This document shows, piece by piece, positions 1 to 8,627 of a DNA stretch of 15,617 bases (within the stretch, counting starts at the first letter, position 1; each line of letters opens with the position of its first letter). This DNA is from a virus. Its lineage: Duplodnaviria; Heunggongvirae; Uroviricota; Caudoviricetes. The translations under genes and the position numbers were made by a program. The DNA lies in IMG/VR virus record IMGVR_UViG_2698536519_000007, positions 1 to 15,617 of that record. One strand, given 5' to 3'. The notes below the pieces were generated by a model that was not told the DNA's origin, searched no databases, and saw only the letters and a list, made by a program, of their open reading frames with translations.

Positions 1-285
1 TTTACGCTACGTAATACGGGATAGTTACGATACGCAGCGATAGCGCTAAGTTTTAGTTAAAATCCCCCATCAGCGGGATATGGGGATCTCTGGGAGGTTC
101 AGGTTTTAGCATCGCGATTAATACGACAGACGCTGGTGACGATGATGCCAAGTAGTGGCTCTTCCGAATAAGGTTCCCACTGACCAATTGGCGCGCGATT
201 CGCAATAACATCTCCCTTCGCCCAGTATTGGGAAAAGTAGATACATTCAAACTGTGTACGCTGTTTCGTCTCACAGTTCACGACA

Positions 286-534
286 TTGCTGGCCGATGAG
301 CTGACCATTGGGCCTATCCGGGCTGTCCCGATGGATATTACGCCGAAGTATGTGGGAATTGCCAGCGGATTGATGAACGCCGGTTCCGCTGTCGCCGACA
401 TTATTTCACCTATCGCCTTTGGCATTATTATCGATAAAACAGGCAACTGGAGTTTACCATTCTACGGTTCCGTCGCATTGCTTGTTATTGGTATATTCCT
501 GACGTTCTTCATGCGTCCAGATAAGTCATTGTAA
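286..534 (+). pseudogene. C-terminal remnant of an MFS-type transporter (hydrophobic TM-like segments); upstream frame is closed by stops
   Basis: ORF 286-534 translates to hydrophobic helices (e.g. IISPIAFGIIIDKTGNWSLPFYGSVALLVIGIFLTFF) typical of an MFS C-terminus. The in-frame sequence upstream hits a stop at 238-240 and the ORF begins with TTG; neighbouring frames carry short fragments, so this is a truncated or frameshifted gene. Family assignment is from recalled pattern, not a search. Confidence 0.45.
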
Positions 535-550
535 AAGTCGAATTCAGGGC

Positions 551-877
551 TGAAGTGGTCTACTGAATTTGGCCATCTGAACAGGGTGATATGCTCACCT
601 TAGAACAACACAGGTGCACCAATGAAAAGAAGAAATTTCAGTCCTGAATTCAAACGTGAATCCGCTCAGTTGGTTGTCGATCAAAATTACACTGTTTCTG
701 ACGCTGCTAAGGCTATGGATGTTGGTCTTTCCACGATGACGGAATGGTTCAAACAACTGCGTGATGAGCGTCAGGGCAAACGCCAAAAGCCTTCCTGATA
801 ACACCGGAACAAATCGAACTACGTGAGCTAAAGAAAAAGCTACAACGAATTGAAATGGAAACGAAATATTAAAAAAC
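551..877 (+). mobile_element. IS3-family (IS911-like) element, left segment with terminal inverted repeat
   Basis: Sequence from 551 (TGAAGTGGTCTACTGAATTTGGCCATCTGAACAGGGTGATATG) matches the IS911-type left IR as I recall it, followed by an orfA-like reading frame. The segment ends in ATATTAAAAAA at 867-877, where unrelated sequence begins. Confidence 0.7.
622..798 (+). pseudogene. IS3-family orfA (HTH transposase subunit), frameshifted
   Basis: ATG at 622 gives [53 protein letters not shown]..., an IS911 OrfA-like N-terminus, stopping at 796-798. The expected continuation ([21 protein letters not shown]) lies in another frame at 799-868, so there is at least one indel. Confidence 0.7.
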
Positions 878-2455
878 TTTCCATGTGTGAAACCCCGTCC
901 CGAGTCTCAGAAACTCCCCGGTAAAGCTGGCAGTCTAATATAGCGAAGGAAGCAGTCGTCGGCCTTTTGGTGGTATGACCCTTAAAAAACATGGTTCAGG
1001 GGCTGTGGCGGATCCGACGGTGGTAGCTTGATCCCGTTCAGGAAGGTGATTTCTCCGTCGTCTCCTCCTTCGTTCATTAAAAATGAGCAAGGAGATTTAT
1101 ATGAAAAAATCCTCCCGAATGTCTATTGTCCATTCTCATGCTGCGGGCGTTGATATTGGGGCCAAATTTCACGTTGTGGCCGTACCGCCTGATGCTGACG
1201 CCGAGCCAATAAGGACTTTTCAAAGTTTCACCGGCGACCTTCATCGTATGTCTGACTGGCTCAAAACCTGTCATATTACAACCGTCGCCATGGAGTCCAC
1301 CGGCGTTTACTGGTTGCCTGCTTTTGAGATCCTTGAAGCAGCGGGTTTTAATATGATACTCGTTAATGTCAGTGCCGCAAAAAATGTTCCCGGTCGCAAG
1401 ACTGATGTCAACGACGCACAGTGGTTGCAGAGACGACATGCATTTGGTCTTCTCCGGGCCAGTTTCAGACCTGTACACGACATTTCAGTCCTCAGGTCTT
1501 ATCTGAGGCAACGAGAACGCTTGACTGAATACCGGGCTGCGCATATTCAGCATATGCAGAAAGCGCTGATGCAGATGAATGTGCAATTGCATCATGCCGT
1601 ATCGGATATCACTGGCGTCACCGGTCTCTCGATCGTCAGAGCTATTGTCAGCGGTGAGCCCGATCCTTCAGTATTGATCCAGTACCGTGATGTGAGATGT
1701 AAGAAGACGCCAGAAGTACTTCAGCAGGCACTGACAGGGAACTGGCAACCTGAGCATCTTTTTGCACTTGAGCAGTCGGTGGCATTTTTCTATTTTTACC
1801 AGGAAAAGATCCGTGAACGTGACGATCAAATCGAAATTCATTAATACAACTCAGCACCGGGACTGAAAATCCTGAAGGAGTATTACCCTGCGCCAGACAT
1901 CGTACAAAGCAACCCAATCAGCTTTCCTTGATGTCAGACCGTTACTCTGGAAAATTACCACGGCAGATCTGACACAAATACATGGGGTTGGGCCTTATCT
2001 GGCACTAAAATTCGTTGCCGAACGCGGTACTGACATGAATCGCTGGCCTGATGCGAGCCATTTTACCTCGTGGCTATTTTGTCCACGGGAAATAAGATCT
2101 CCGGTGGAAAAGTGTTGTCCTCGAAAACGAGACGTTCATCCAGTTGAATTGCTGCTGCACTCAGGCTGGCAGCCACAACGATTGGTCGGAGCGATACTGC
2201 GTTGGGTGCTTTTTATCGTCGATTATCATCCCGTATAGGTAAAGCAAAAGCAGTCACTGCAACGGCAAGAAAACTGGCAACACTGTTCTACAATGCCTTG
2301 AAATATGGTAAAAAATATGTCGACAATTGTGCTGATTACTATGAAGAGCGTTACCGTAGTTGCGTACTCAATGGACTTAAACGAAGAGTAAAATCACTGG
2401 GTTATTCTCTCCAGCAAGACCCTGAATTATGAGAGTGAACCAGGAGTTTCTCAGG
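878..2455 (+). mobile_element. IS110-family insertion sequence (DEDD recombinase type) inserted into the IS911-like element; boundaries approximate
   Basis: IS911-like sequence stops at 877 and resumes at about 2456 (AAGGCTACCGCGCTCTTGATGTCAGA, encoding KATALLMSD, the OrfA C-terminus). The intervening about 1.58 kb has a roughly 220 bp non-coding left end, a recombinase with IS110-family signatures and a very short right end, which is the typical IS110-group layout. No terminal inverted repeats, as expected for this family. Confidence 0.6.
1101..2432 (+). pseudogene. IS110-family DEDD recombinase/transposase, disrupted by stops and frameshifts
   Basis: N-terminal frame 1083/1101-1844 carries the RuvC-like DEDD signatures (GVDIGAKFHVVAV, VAMESTGVYW, KTDVNDAQ). 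The C-terminal HhH/Transposase_20-like motifs are split across frames: GVGPYLALKFVAERGTDMNRWPDASHFTSWL (about 1990-2090), GNKISGGKVLSSKTRR (about 2085-2140) and GAFYRRLSSRIGKAKAVTATARKLATLFYNALKYG (2202-2432). There is an in-frame stop at 1842-1844 and another near 2146. Likely start is ATG 1101, with AAGGAG 6 nt upstream. Confidence 0.7.
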
Positions 2456-3289
<834 letters not shown>

Positions 3290-3319
3290 GTAAGCGACTC
3301 GTCAGAACCGTATTGATAT

Positions 3320-4891
3320 TTACTGAGAGCTCAGATCAACTTTCCAGGGCAACAGATCGCGTACCCGGTTTGCCGGCCAGTCCTGGATATGTTCAATGAC
3401 GTAACGCAGCCACTTTTCTGGCTCCACATTGTTCAGACGGCATGTGCCGATCAGCGAGTACAACACCGCCGCATGTTCACCACCGCTGTTGGAACCCGCG
3501 AACATCCAGTTTTTCCGGCCTACGGCCACTCCCCGTAAGGCGTTCTCTGCGATGTTGTTGTCGATTTCCACCCAGCCATTACTGCAGTACACGTTCAGTG
3601 CATCCCACTGTTTCAGCAGGTATGCGAACGCTTTTGCCGTATCTGAGTGACGCGACAGTGTTTTCATCTGTTGCTGTATCCAGTCATACAGTGACTGCAT
3701 CAGTGGCGCGGCTCTGGCTTTTCTTGCCGCCAGACGCTGTTCTGCTGAACAGCCCCGGACCTCTGCCTCGATGGCATACAGTTCACCGATACGCTGCAGG
3801 GCTTCCGTGGTGATGTAGGTGGGCGCTCTTGCATGCACATCGTGGATTTTTCTCCGGGCATGAGCCATACACGCGGCTTCCGTTATTCTGCCGGATTCGT
3901 ATAACGCCCGGTAACCACCGTAAGCATCGGCCTGAAGCACACCGCTGTAACCGGCCAGGTGATTTTGTGGATGGATACCTTTCCGGTCCGGACTGTACGC
4001 GAACCAGACCGCCGGGGGCATCTGTGAACCGGCGTTACGGTCATCACGGACGTAGACCCACAGCCGGGCTGTCCGGGTTTTACCGCTGCCCGGCTCCTGG
4101 ACCGGGACGGGGATATCATCAGCATGGACTTTACCGGGCATCAGCACATACTGGCGCAGGACGTCATACAGCGGCTCCAGCAGTTCAGCAACAGCACCTG
4201 TCCAGCGCCCCAGTGTGGCACGGCTCAGCTCCACTCCCTGACGACGGTATATTTCTGACTGGCGGTATAACGGCAGATGGTCTGCATATTTCCCGGTGAC
4301 AACATGGGCCAGAAGCCCCGCTCCGGCATAACTGCGTGCAATGGGTTTTGAAGGTACTGGTGCCTGCACGATATGGTCGCACCGGCAACAGGCCTGTTTC
4401 GGACGTTGTGTTTCGATAACCTTAAAGGCGCTGCTGATAAGCTCCAGTTGCTCTGACACATCACATCCCAGAGAACTGAGTTCACCACCACAGGCAGGAC
4501 AGCATTCCTCTTCCGGCCGGATAACCCGGGTTTCACGGGGAAGTGAGGCCGGTAACGGTTTACGGGCTGAAGACTGGCGCAGGGCGGATGGCAGTACCGG
4601 GTCATATTGCTCACCCAGCGTTTCCGCCATTTCTTCCTGAAGTGCGCTGATTCGCTCCTGTGCTTCCTGTATCTGCCGTTCGGTTTTTGCACGAAGTTTT
4701 TCTGAGCTTTTACCGAACTGCATACGTTGCAGTTTCGCAACCAGCGCCTTCAGCCGGTTGATTTCGGAAGCATAAGCCGCCACCCGCTGTGAGAGCAGGC
4801 GGTTGTATTCAGCCATCTGGCGGATGGTGTCCTGTTGCGTCTGCAACAGTGCCCGCAGGCGGGCGTTCTCATGAGCAAGTGAGGTGTCCAT
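3320..4891 (-). CDS. tnpC: IS66-family transposase TnpC
   Basis: 523 aa ORF with N-terminal coiled-coil/leucine-zipper-like region, a Cys-rich zinc-finger-like segment (CCPACGGEL...CCRCDH) and a DDE-type core, as I recall for IS66 TnpC. ATG start with GAGG-containing RBS upstream. Confidence 0.9.
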   Translation of the reverse strand: MDTSLAHENARLRALLQTQQDTIRQMAEYNRLLSQRVAAYASEINRLKALVAKLQRMQFGKSSEKLRAKTERQIQEAQERISALQEEMAETLGEQYDPVLPSALRQSSARKPLPASLPRETRVIRPEEECCPACGGELSSLGCDVSEQLELISSAFKVIETQRPKQACCRCDHIVQAPVPSKPIARSYAGAGLLAHVVTGKYADHLPLYRQSEIYRRQGVELSRATLGRWTGAVAELLEPLYDVLRQYVLMPGKVHADDIPVPVQEPGSGKTRTARLWVYVRDDRNAGSQMPPAVWFAYSPDRKGIHPQNHLAGYSGVLQADAYGGYRALYESGRITEAACMAHARRKIHDVHARAPTYITTEALQRIGELYAIEAEVRGCSAEQRLAARKARAAPLMQSLYDWIQQQMKTLSRHSDTAKAFAYLLKQWDALNVYCSNGWVEIDNNIAENALRGVAVGRKNWMFAGSNSGGEHAAVLYSLIGTCRLNNVEPEKWLRYVIEHIQDWPANRVRDLLPWKVDLSSQ

Positions 4892-4910
4892 ATCCTCACT
4901 TTACAACGGG

Positions 4911-5258
4911 TTATATGCGGATTCCAGCGCGTTCCGTTCGTTTCGGGTGCTTCCAGTTGATACCTTCAAGAAGCATGGATAACTGAGCCGGAGTAAGGTG
5001 CACCTTGCCGTCACGGGTGACTGGCCAGACGAAGCGGCCCCGCTCCAGGCGTTTGGTGAAGAGGCACAGTCCGTCACTGTCAGCCCACAACACTTTTATC
5101 TGGTCACCCCGGCGTCCGCGGAAGATGAACAGGTGTCCGGAGAACGGGTCATCCTTCAGGACGTTCTGAACTTTTGATGCCAGGCCGTTAAAGCCATTTC
5201 GCATATCGGTGATACCTGCAACCAGCCAGATACGCGAACCTGCAGGGAGAGATATCAT
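4911..5258 (-). CDS. tnpB: IS66-family TnpB (Orf2)
   Basis: 115 aa ORF (MISLPAGSRIWLVAGITDMRNGFNGLA...) placed between tnpA and tnpC. Its ATG overlaps the tnpA stop (TGATG), the usual IS66 arrangement. Confidence 0.85.
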   Translation of the reverse strand: MISLPAGSRIWLVAGITDMRNGFNGLASKVQNVLKDDPFSGHLFIFRGRRGDQIKVLWADSDGLCLFTKRLERGRFVWPVTRDGKVHLTPAQLSMLLEGINWKHPKRTERAGIRI

Positions 5259-5935
5259 CAGTGGCTGCTCCCTTTTATTTCGCGGATAAGTGTCTGTAAT
5301 AACGCCGGCGTCAGTTTACCTTTAAGCCTGAGAGTTCCGGCCGGCAGAACCAGCTCACAACACAGACTGTCGGACGGTGTATTTATCTGCTCTGGTTCCT
5401 GTGCGGGGGCCGGGATTTTATTATCCGGCTCCGGCGTTAACGTCACGGGAAGCAGTGCCGGCATATTTTTTCCGGAAGGCAGCAGGCCACCTTTCCGGTA
5501 TTGATGGCGCCAGTTGAAGAGCAGGTTATCGTTGATTCCGTTTTCCCGGGCGATCTGCGCCACACAGGCTCCGGGCTGCAGTGACTGCTCCACTAAGGCG
5601 ATTTTAAACTCATAAGGGAAGTTGGGCCGCCGGGGACGTTTTTTTACCACGGGGGCTTCGGATATAACGGTGCTTTCAGGACGTACGACTGGTACCGTGG
5701 AAAATTGTCCGTAAAGGCAGGCATCAAGTTCCTGCTCCGACATGCCTGCGGGCAAAGGCCACGAAAGGCCAGCTCTCCGAAAGCGCACGAACATACTACA
5801 AACTGTTGATTTTGGTACACCCAGGCGACGCCCGGCCACAACCCGGGGTAAATGTTCTTCAAAGTGAAGACGTAAAGCTTCAGTGATCCAGGTCCGGTGT
5901 TTCATACGATAGTGTCCATTAAAAATGATGGACAT
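5258..5935 (-). CDS. tnpA: IS66-family TnpA (Orf1) with an N-terminal extension of about 95 aa; true start uncertain (ATG 5935, or internal GTG near 5649)
   Basis: The C-terminal about 127 aa (RPRRPNFPYEFKIALVEQSLQPGACVAQIARENGINDNLLFNWRHQYRK...LLPVTLTPEP...) has the IS66 TnpA layout. The frame stays open upstream to ATG 5935 and encodes an extra HTH-like segment. No ATG sits at the canonical start position. Confidence 0.6.
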   Translation of the reverse strand: MSIIFNGHYRMKHRTWITEALRLHFEEHLPRVVAGRRLGVPKSTVCSMFVRFRRAGLSWPLPAGMSEQELDACLYGQFSTVPVVRPESTVISEAPVVKKRPRRPNFPYEFKIALVEQSLQPGACVAQIARENGINDNLLFNWRHQYRKGGLLPSGKNMPALLPVTLTPEPDNKIPAPAQEPEQINTPSDSLCCELVLPAGTLRLKGKLTPALLQTLIREIKGSSH

Positions 5936-6015
5936 TATTTTTGTAGAGCCGGAGGAAACAGACCAGACGGTTTAAATGAGCCGGTTACGCAATATCTGCA
6001 GGTCGTCTGACACAG

Positions 6016-6336
6016 ATGATAAGTGTTCTGAAGCCGGTGTTAACCCGTAATGCTGCCGGAGAAATGACGGAAGAATGGGTGTCATGCGGGAAAATTCATG
6101 CGGATATCCGTGGCAGGAGCAGCCGGGAGCGGATGCAGTCCGGTGCGGAAATGGCGCAGGCGGAAATCCGCATCTGGGTGCGCGGTCAGTCCGGCCGGGA
6201 AATCACGGCAGCGTCACGACTTCATGTGCTGAGTGGTCCATGGCGTGACCGGATCCTGAACGTTGTCGGGCTGCCCGTGCCGGATGCGACCGGCGGGCGT
6301 CTGGAAATTCTCTGTCGGCTGGGAGGGGAAAAATGA
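6016..6336 (+). CDS. Phage head-tail adaptor / head-tail joining protein (HK97-type family), probably 5'-truncated
   Basis: 106 aa from the first ATG. The in-frame upstream sequence (AISAGRLTQ, 5989-6015) continues the conserved N-terminal motif of this family but has no start codon before it reaches the IS66 terminus at 5988. Stop overlaps the next start (ATGA). Confidence 0.7.
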   Translation: MISVLKPVLTRNAAGEMTEEWVSCGKIHADIRGRSSRERMQSGAEMAQAEIRIWVRGQSGREITAASRLHVLSGPWRDRILNVVGLPVPDATGGRLEILCRLGGEK

Positions 6337-6779
6337 TCGAAACCCTGCTGGATTTTTCGGGGCTGGAGGACATCAGCCGCGATTTGCAGCTTCTGAGTGG
6401 TGCGGAAAATAACCGGGTGCTGCGTGAGGCAACCCGTGCGGGTGCGAATGTGCTGAAAGAAGAAGTGGTGTCACGGGCACCGGTACGCAGGGGAAAACTG
6501 CGCCGCAATGTGGTGGTCCTTTCCCGGCGCTCCCGCGATGGCGGGATGGAATCCGGTGTGCATATCCGGGGTGTTAATCCGGACACCGGTAACAGCGATA
6601 ACACCATGAAGGCGGATAACCCGCGCAATGCTTTCTACTGGCGGTTTGTGGAAATGGGGACCGTGAATATGCCACCGCACCCGTTTGTGCGCCCGGCATT
6701 TGATGTGCGCAGTGAACAGGCGGCACAGGTGGCGATTGCGCGGATGAACCGGGCCATTGATGAGGTACTGAGACGATGA
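6333..6779 (+). CDS. Phage tail-proximal structural protein, HK97 gp10-like family
   Basis: 148 aa ORF, translationally coupled on both sides by ATGA overlaps, located between the head-tail adaptor and tail completion genes. Family assignment is from position and recalled similarity. Confidence 0.65.
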   Translation: MIETLLDFSGLEDISRDLQLLSGAENNRVLREATRAGANVLKEEVVSRAPVRRGKLRRNVVVLSRRSRDGGMESGVHIRGVNPDTGNSDNTMKADNPRNAFYWRFVEMGTVNMPPHPFVRPAFDVRSEQAAQVAIARMNRAIDEVLRR

Positions 6780-7120
6780 CGGAGGCGGATTTGTATCCTC
6801 ATCTGGCGCATCTTGCCGGCGGGCAGGTGTACCCGTATGTGGTCCCCCTGCTGGATGGCAGGCCGTCGGTGGCGCTTCCGTGGGTGGTTTTCAGCCTGAT
6901 TTCATCGGTGTCTGCGGACGTGATGGGCGGGCAGGCGGAGTCCTCAGTGTCGGTGCAGATCGACGTTTATGCCGGGACTGTGACGCAGGCGCGTCAGATA
7001 CGTCAGGACGCCCGTGAAGCCATAATGCTGCTGGCCCCGGGATCCGTCAGTGAAATGCAGGACTATATTCCGGAAAACCGCTGTTACCGTGCAACCCTGG
7101 AGTTTCAGGTCACGGTGTGA
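6776..7120 (+). CDS. Phage tail completion / tail terminator-like protein
   Basis: 114 aa ORF immediately upstream of the major tail protein gene, start overlapping the previous stop. Function inferred from conserved gene order in siphovirus tail modules. Confidence 0.6.
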   Translation: MTEADLYPHLAHLAGGQVYPYVVPLLDGRPSVALPWVVFSLISSVSADVMGGQAESSVSVQIDVYAGTVTQARQIRQDAREAIMLLAPGSVSEMQDYIPENRCYRATLEFQVTV

Positions 7121-7149
7121 CTTTTTCTTTTTTTCTACAAAACCCATAC

Positions 7150-7172
7150 CCCGCCGCGTGCGGGTTTTTTAT
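7150..7172 (+). terminator. Intrinsic terminator-like hairpin plus T-tract just upstream of the major tail protein gene
   Basis: CCCGC (7150-7154), 5-nt loop, GCGGG (7160-7164), followed by TTTTTTATT (7165-7173). The RBS AGGAGG and ATG 7187 follow immediately. Confidence 0.4.
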
Positions 7173-7186
7173 TATCAGGAGGCAGA

Positions 7187-7903
7187 ATGTCTGCTTTGTA
7201 TGAACGCTCACAGCTGACGCAGGTGATGATTTCATCTGCCCCGGCGACTGCTGAAACTATGGATAAGGCGGAATATCTGCGCCTGGACTGCACCATCAAG
7301 GAAGTCCAGTTCACCGCCGGTCAGAAACAGGATATTGATGTGACCACGCTCTGCTCCACAGAGCAGGAGAACATCAACGGTCTGGGGGCGTCGTCTGAGA
7401 TTTCCATGTCGGGTAATTTTTATCTGAATCAGGCCCAGAACGCCCTGCGTGATGCCTATGACAATGACGCGTTGTATGCGTTTAAGGTGCTGTTTCCGTC
7501 CGGTAAGGGCTTTAAGTTCCTGGCGGAAGTGCGTCAGCACACCTGGTCATCCGGTACCAACGGCGTGGTGGCAGCAACGTTTTCACTGCGTATGAAAGGC
7601 AAACCGGTGTCCTTTGTGGTACCGCTGGCGTTTGTGAAAAATCTGGATAAAACACTTACCGTGAATACAGGTGCGCTGCTGACAATGTCAGTCAGTGCCA
7701 ACGGGGGAACGCCGCCGTATAAATACGCCTGGAAGAAGGATGGTCAGCCGGTTGACGGGCAGACGACAGACACCTTCAGTAAGCCAGGTGCGCAGTCCGC
7801 TGATGCGGGGAAATATACCTGCGTGGTGACCGATTCGGCAGAGAAAGCACAGAGTGTGACGTCTGTTGAATGCACCGTGACAGTGAGCGCAGCCGCCGGA
7901 TAA
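7187..7903 (+). CDS. Major tail (tube) protein with C-terminal Ig-like domain
   Basis: 238 aa, strong RBS (CAGGAGG) before ATG 7187. The C-terminal about 85 aa (PPYKYAWKKDGQPV...AGKYTCVVTDS...) looks like an immunoglobulin-like fold, as often appended to siphovirus major tail proteins. Position is upstream of the G/GT chaperone. Confidence 0.85.
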   Translation: MSALYERSQLTQVMISSAPATAETMDKAEYLRLDCTIKEVQFTAGQKQDIDVTTLCSTEQENINGLGASSEISMSGNFYLNQAQNALRDAYDNDALYAFKVLFPSGKGFKFLAEVRQHTWSSGTNGVVAATFSLRMKGKPVSFVVPLAFVKNLDKTLTVNTGALLTMSVSANGGTPPYKYAWKKDGQPVDGQTTDTFSKPGAQSADAGKYTCVVTDSAEKAQSVTSVECTVTVSAAAG

Positions 7904-7917
7904 GGGGATGGGTCATC

Positions 7918-8292
7918 ATGAAAAAGGATCTGAAAACGCTGGCGCTGGCCAGACTGTCAGGGTTTCGTCATAAAACGGTGAAGGTGCCGGAATGGGGTAA
8001 TGTCAGCGTGGTGCTGCGGGAGCCTTCGGCAGAGGCCTGGTATCTGTGGCAGGAAGTGCTCAATGGTGATGGAGAGGATGACGATACCCTGTCGGTGGTG
8101 GCGAAAACCCGCCGTAACCTGGAAGCGGATGTGACGCTGTTCTGCGATGTCCTGTGTGATACTGACCTGCAACGGGTGTTCACTCCGGACGACCGTGAGC
8201 AGGTGCTGGCCGTCTATGGTCCGGTACATGCCCGGTTGCTGCGTCAGGCACTGGAACTGATCGCTGATGCAGAGTCGGCCAGAAAAAAGTAG
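7918..8292 (+). CDS. G: Tail assembly chaperone (lambda gpG analogue)
   Basis: ATG 7918 (MKKDLKTL...) with AAGGGGA RBS about 10 nt upstream. The ORF track's 7870 start is an upstream alternative-codon extension. Ends TAG 8290-8292 right after the slippery heptamer. Confidence 0.8.
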   Translation: MKKDLKTLALARLSGFRHKTVKVPEWGNVSVVLREPSAEAWYLWQEVLNGDGEDDDTLSVVAKTRRNLEADVTLFCDVLCDTDLQRVFTPDDREQVLAVYGPVHARLLRQALELIADAESARKK

Positions 8293-8597
8293 CCCGCCCG
8301 GAAATTCGCTTTCTGATGCGACTTGCGCTCCGTCTGGGGCGCACCTTATCCGAACTGCGGCACAGCCTGAGTGCGAGCGAGGCGATGATGTGGATGGAGT
8401 TTGACAGGGTGTCCCCGCTGGGTGATGAGCGCGGGGATATCCGTAATGCACAGATCGTGAAAGCGGTTTTCGGGGCACAGGGGATGAATGTTGCACTGAA
8501 GGACGCCATGCTCTGCTGGGGCGAGGATGAGGATAAGCCGGAGGTGGATCCGTTTGCGGCGCTGGAAGACGCGCTGAGCTTTGCAGCACAGTCATGA
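7918..8597 (+). CDS. Tail assembly chaperone frameshift fusion product (lambda gpGT analogue) via -1 frameshift at 8283-8289
   Basis: The -1 frame is open from 8268 to 8597 and encodes a lambda gpT-like segment (EAMMWMEFDRVSPLGDERGDIRNAQIVKAVF...). It can only be expressed by a shift from the G frame; the canonical A AAA AAG site sits at the G 3' end. Confidence 0.65.
8283..8289 (+). promoter_or_regulatory. Programmed -1 ribosomal frameshift slippery heptamer A AAA AAG
   Basis: Sequence AGA AAA AAG TAG in the G frame. The heptamer A_AAA_AAG matches the classic X XXY YYZ motif and lies in the overlap window between the G and T frames. Confidence 0.6.
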
Positions 8598-8605
8598 ATG
8601 ATGAG

Positions 8606-8627
8606 AACCGCTGAGGCGGTTTTTTTA
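8606..8627 (+). terminator. Rho-independent terminator between GT and tape measure gene
   Basis: AACCGC (8606-8611), loop TGAG, GCGGTT (8616-8621), then a T7 run (8621-8627), in the 47-bp intergenic gap after the GT stop (8595-8597). Confidence 0.55.

Larger units (their letters stand above)
3290..5988 (-). mobile_element. IS66-family insertion sequence (about 2.7 kb) with imperfect terminal inverted repeats
   Basis: Three co-oriented ORFs with IS66 tnpA/tnpB/tnpC architecture. Termini: GTAAGCGACTCGTCAGAACCGTATTG reading inward from 3290, and GTAACCGGCTCATTTAAACCGTCTGG as the reverse complement reading inward from 5988, about 18/26 identical and both starting GTAA. Flanking 8-mers (AAAAAATC at 3282-3289, GCAATATC at 5989-5996) are not identical. 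Confidence 0.75.

Noticed and set aside
53-446. Minus-strand ORFs (73 aa and 115 aa) at the left edge
   Set aside because: Antisense to the MFS transporter remnant, with no recognisable domain or start context.
2035-2432. Two short + ORFs (67 aa and 76 aa) listed as separate genes
   Set aside because: They are frame-shifted fragments of the single IS110-family recombinase C-terminal domain, not independent genes.
3442-4299. + strand ORFs (123 aa and 156 aa) inside the IS66 tnpC region
   Set aside because: Antisense to the intact tnpC, Arg/Pro/His-rich, no supporting signals.
5650-5935. Alternative reading: a separate IS21-like remnant into which IS66 had inserted, giving an IS66 left end near 5650-5750
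   Set aside because: I found no IS66-type terminal repeat in 5650-5800, whereas a convincing imperfect IR pair was found at 3290 and 5988. I therefore placed the segment inside the IS66 element, but a homology search is needed to be sure.
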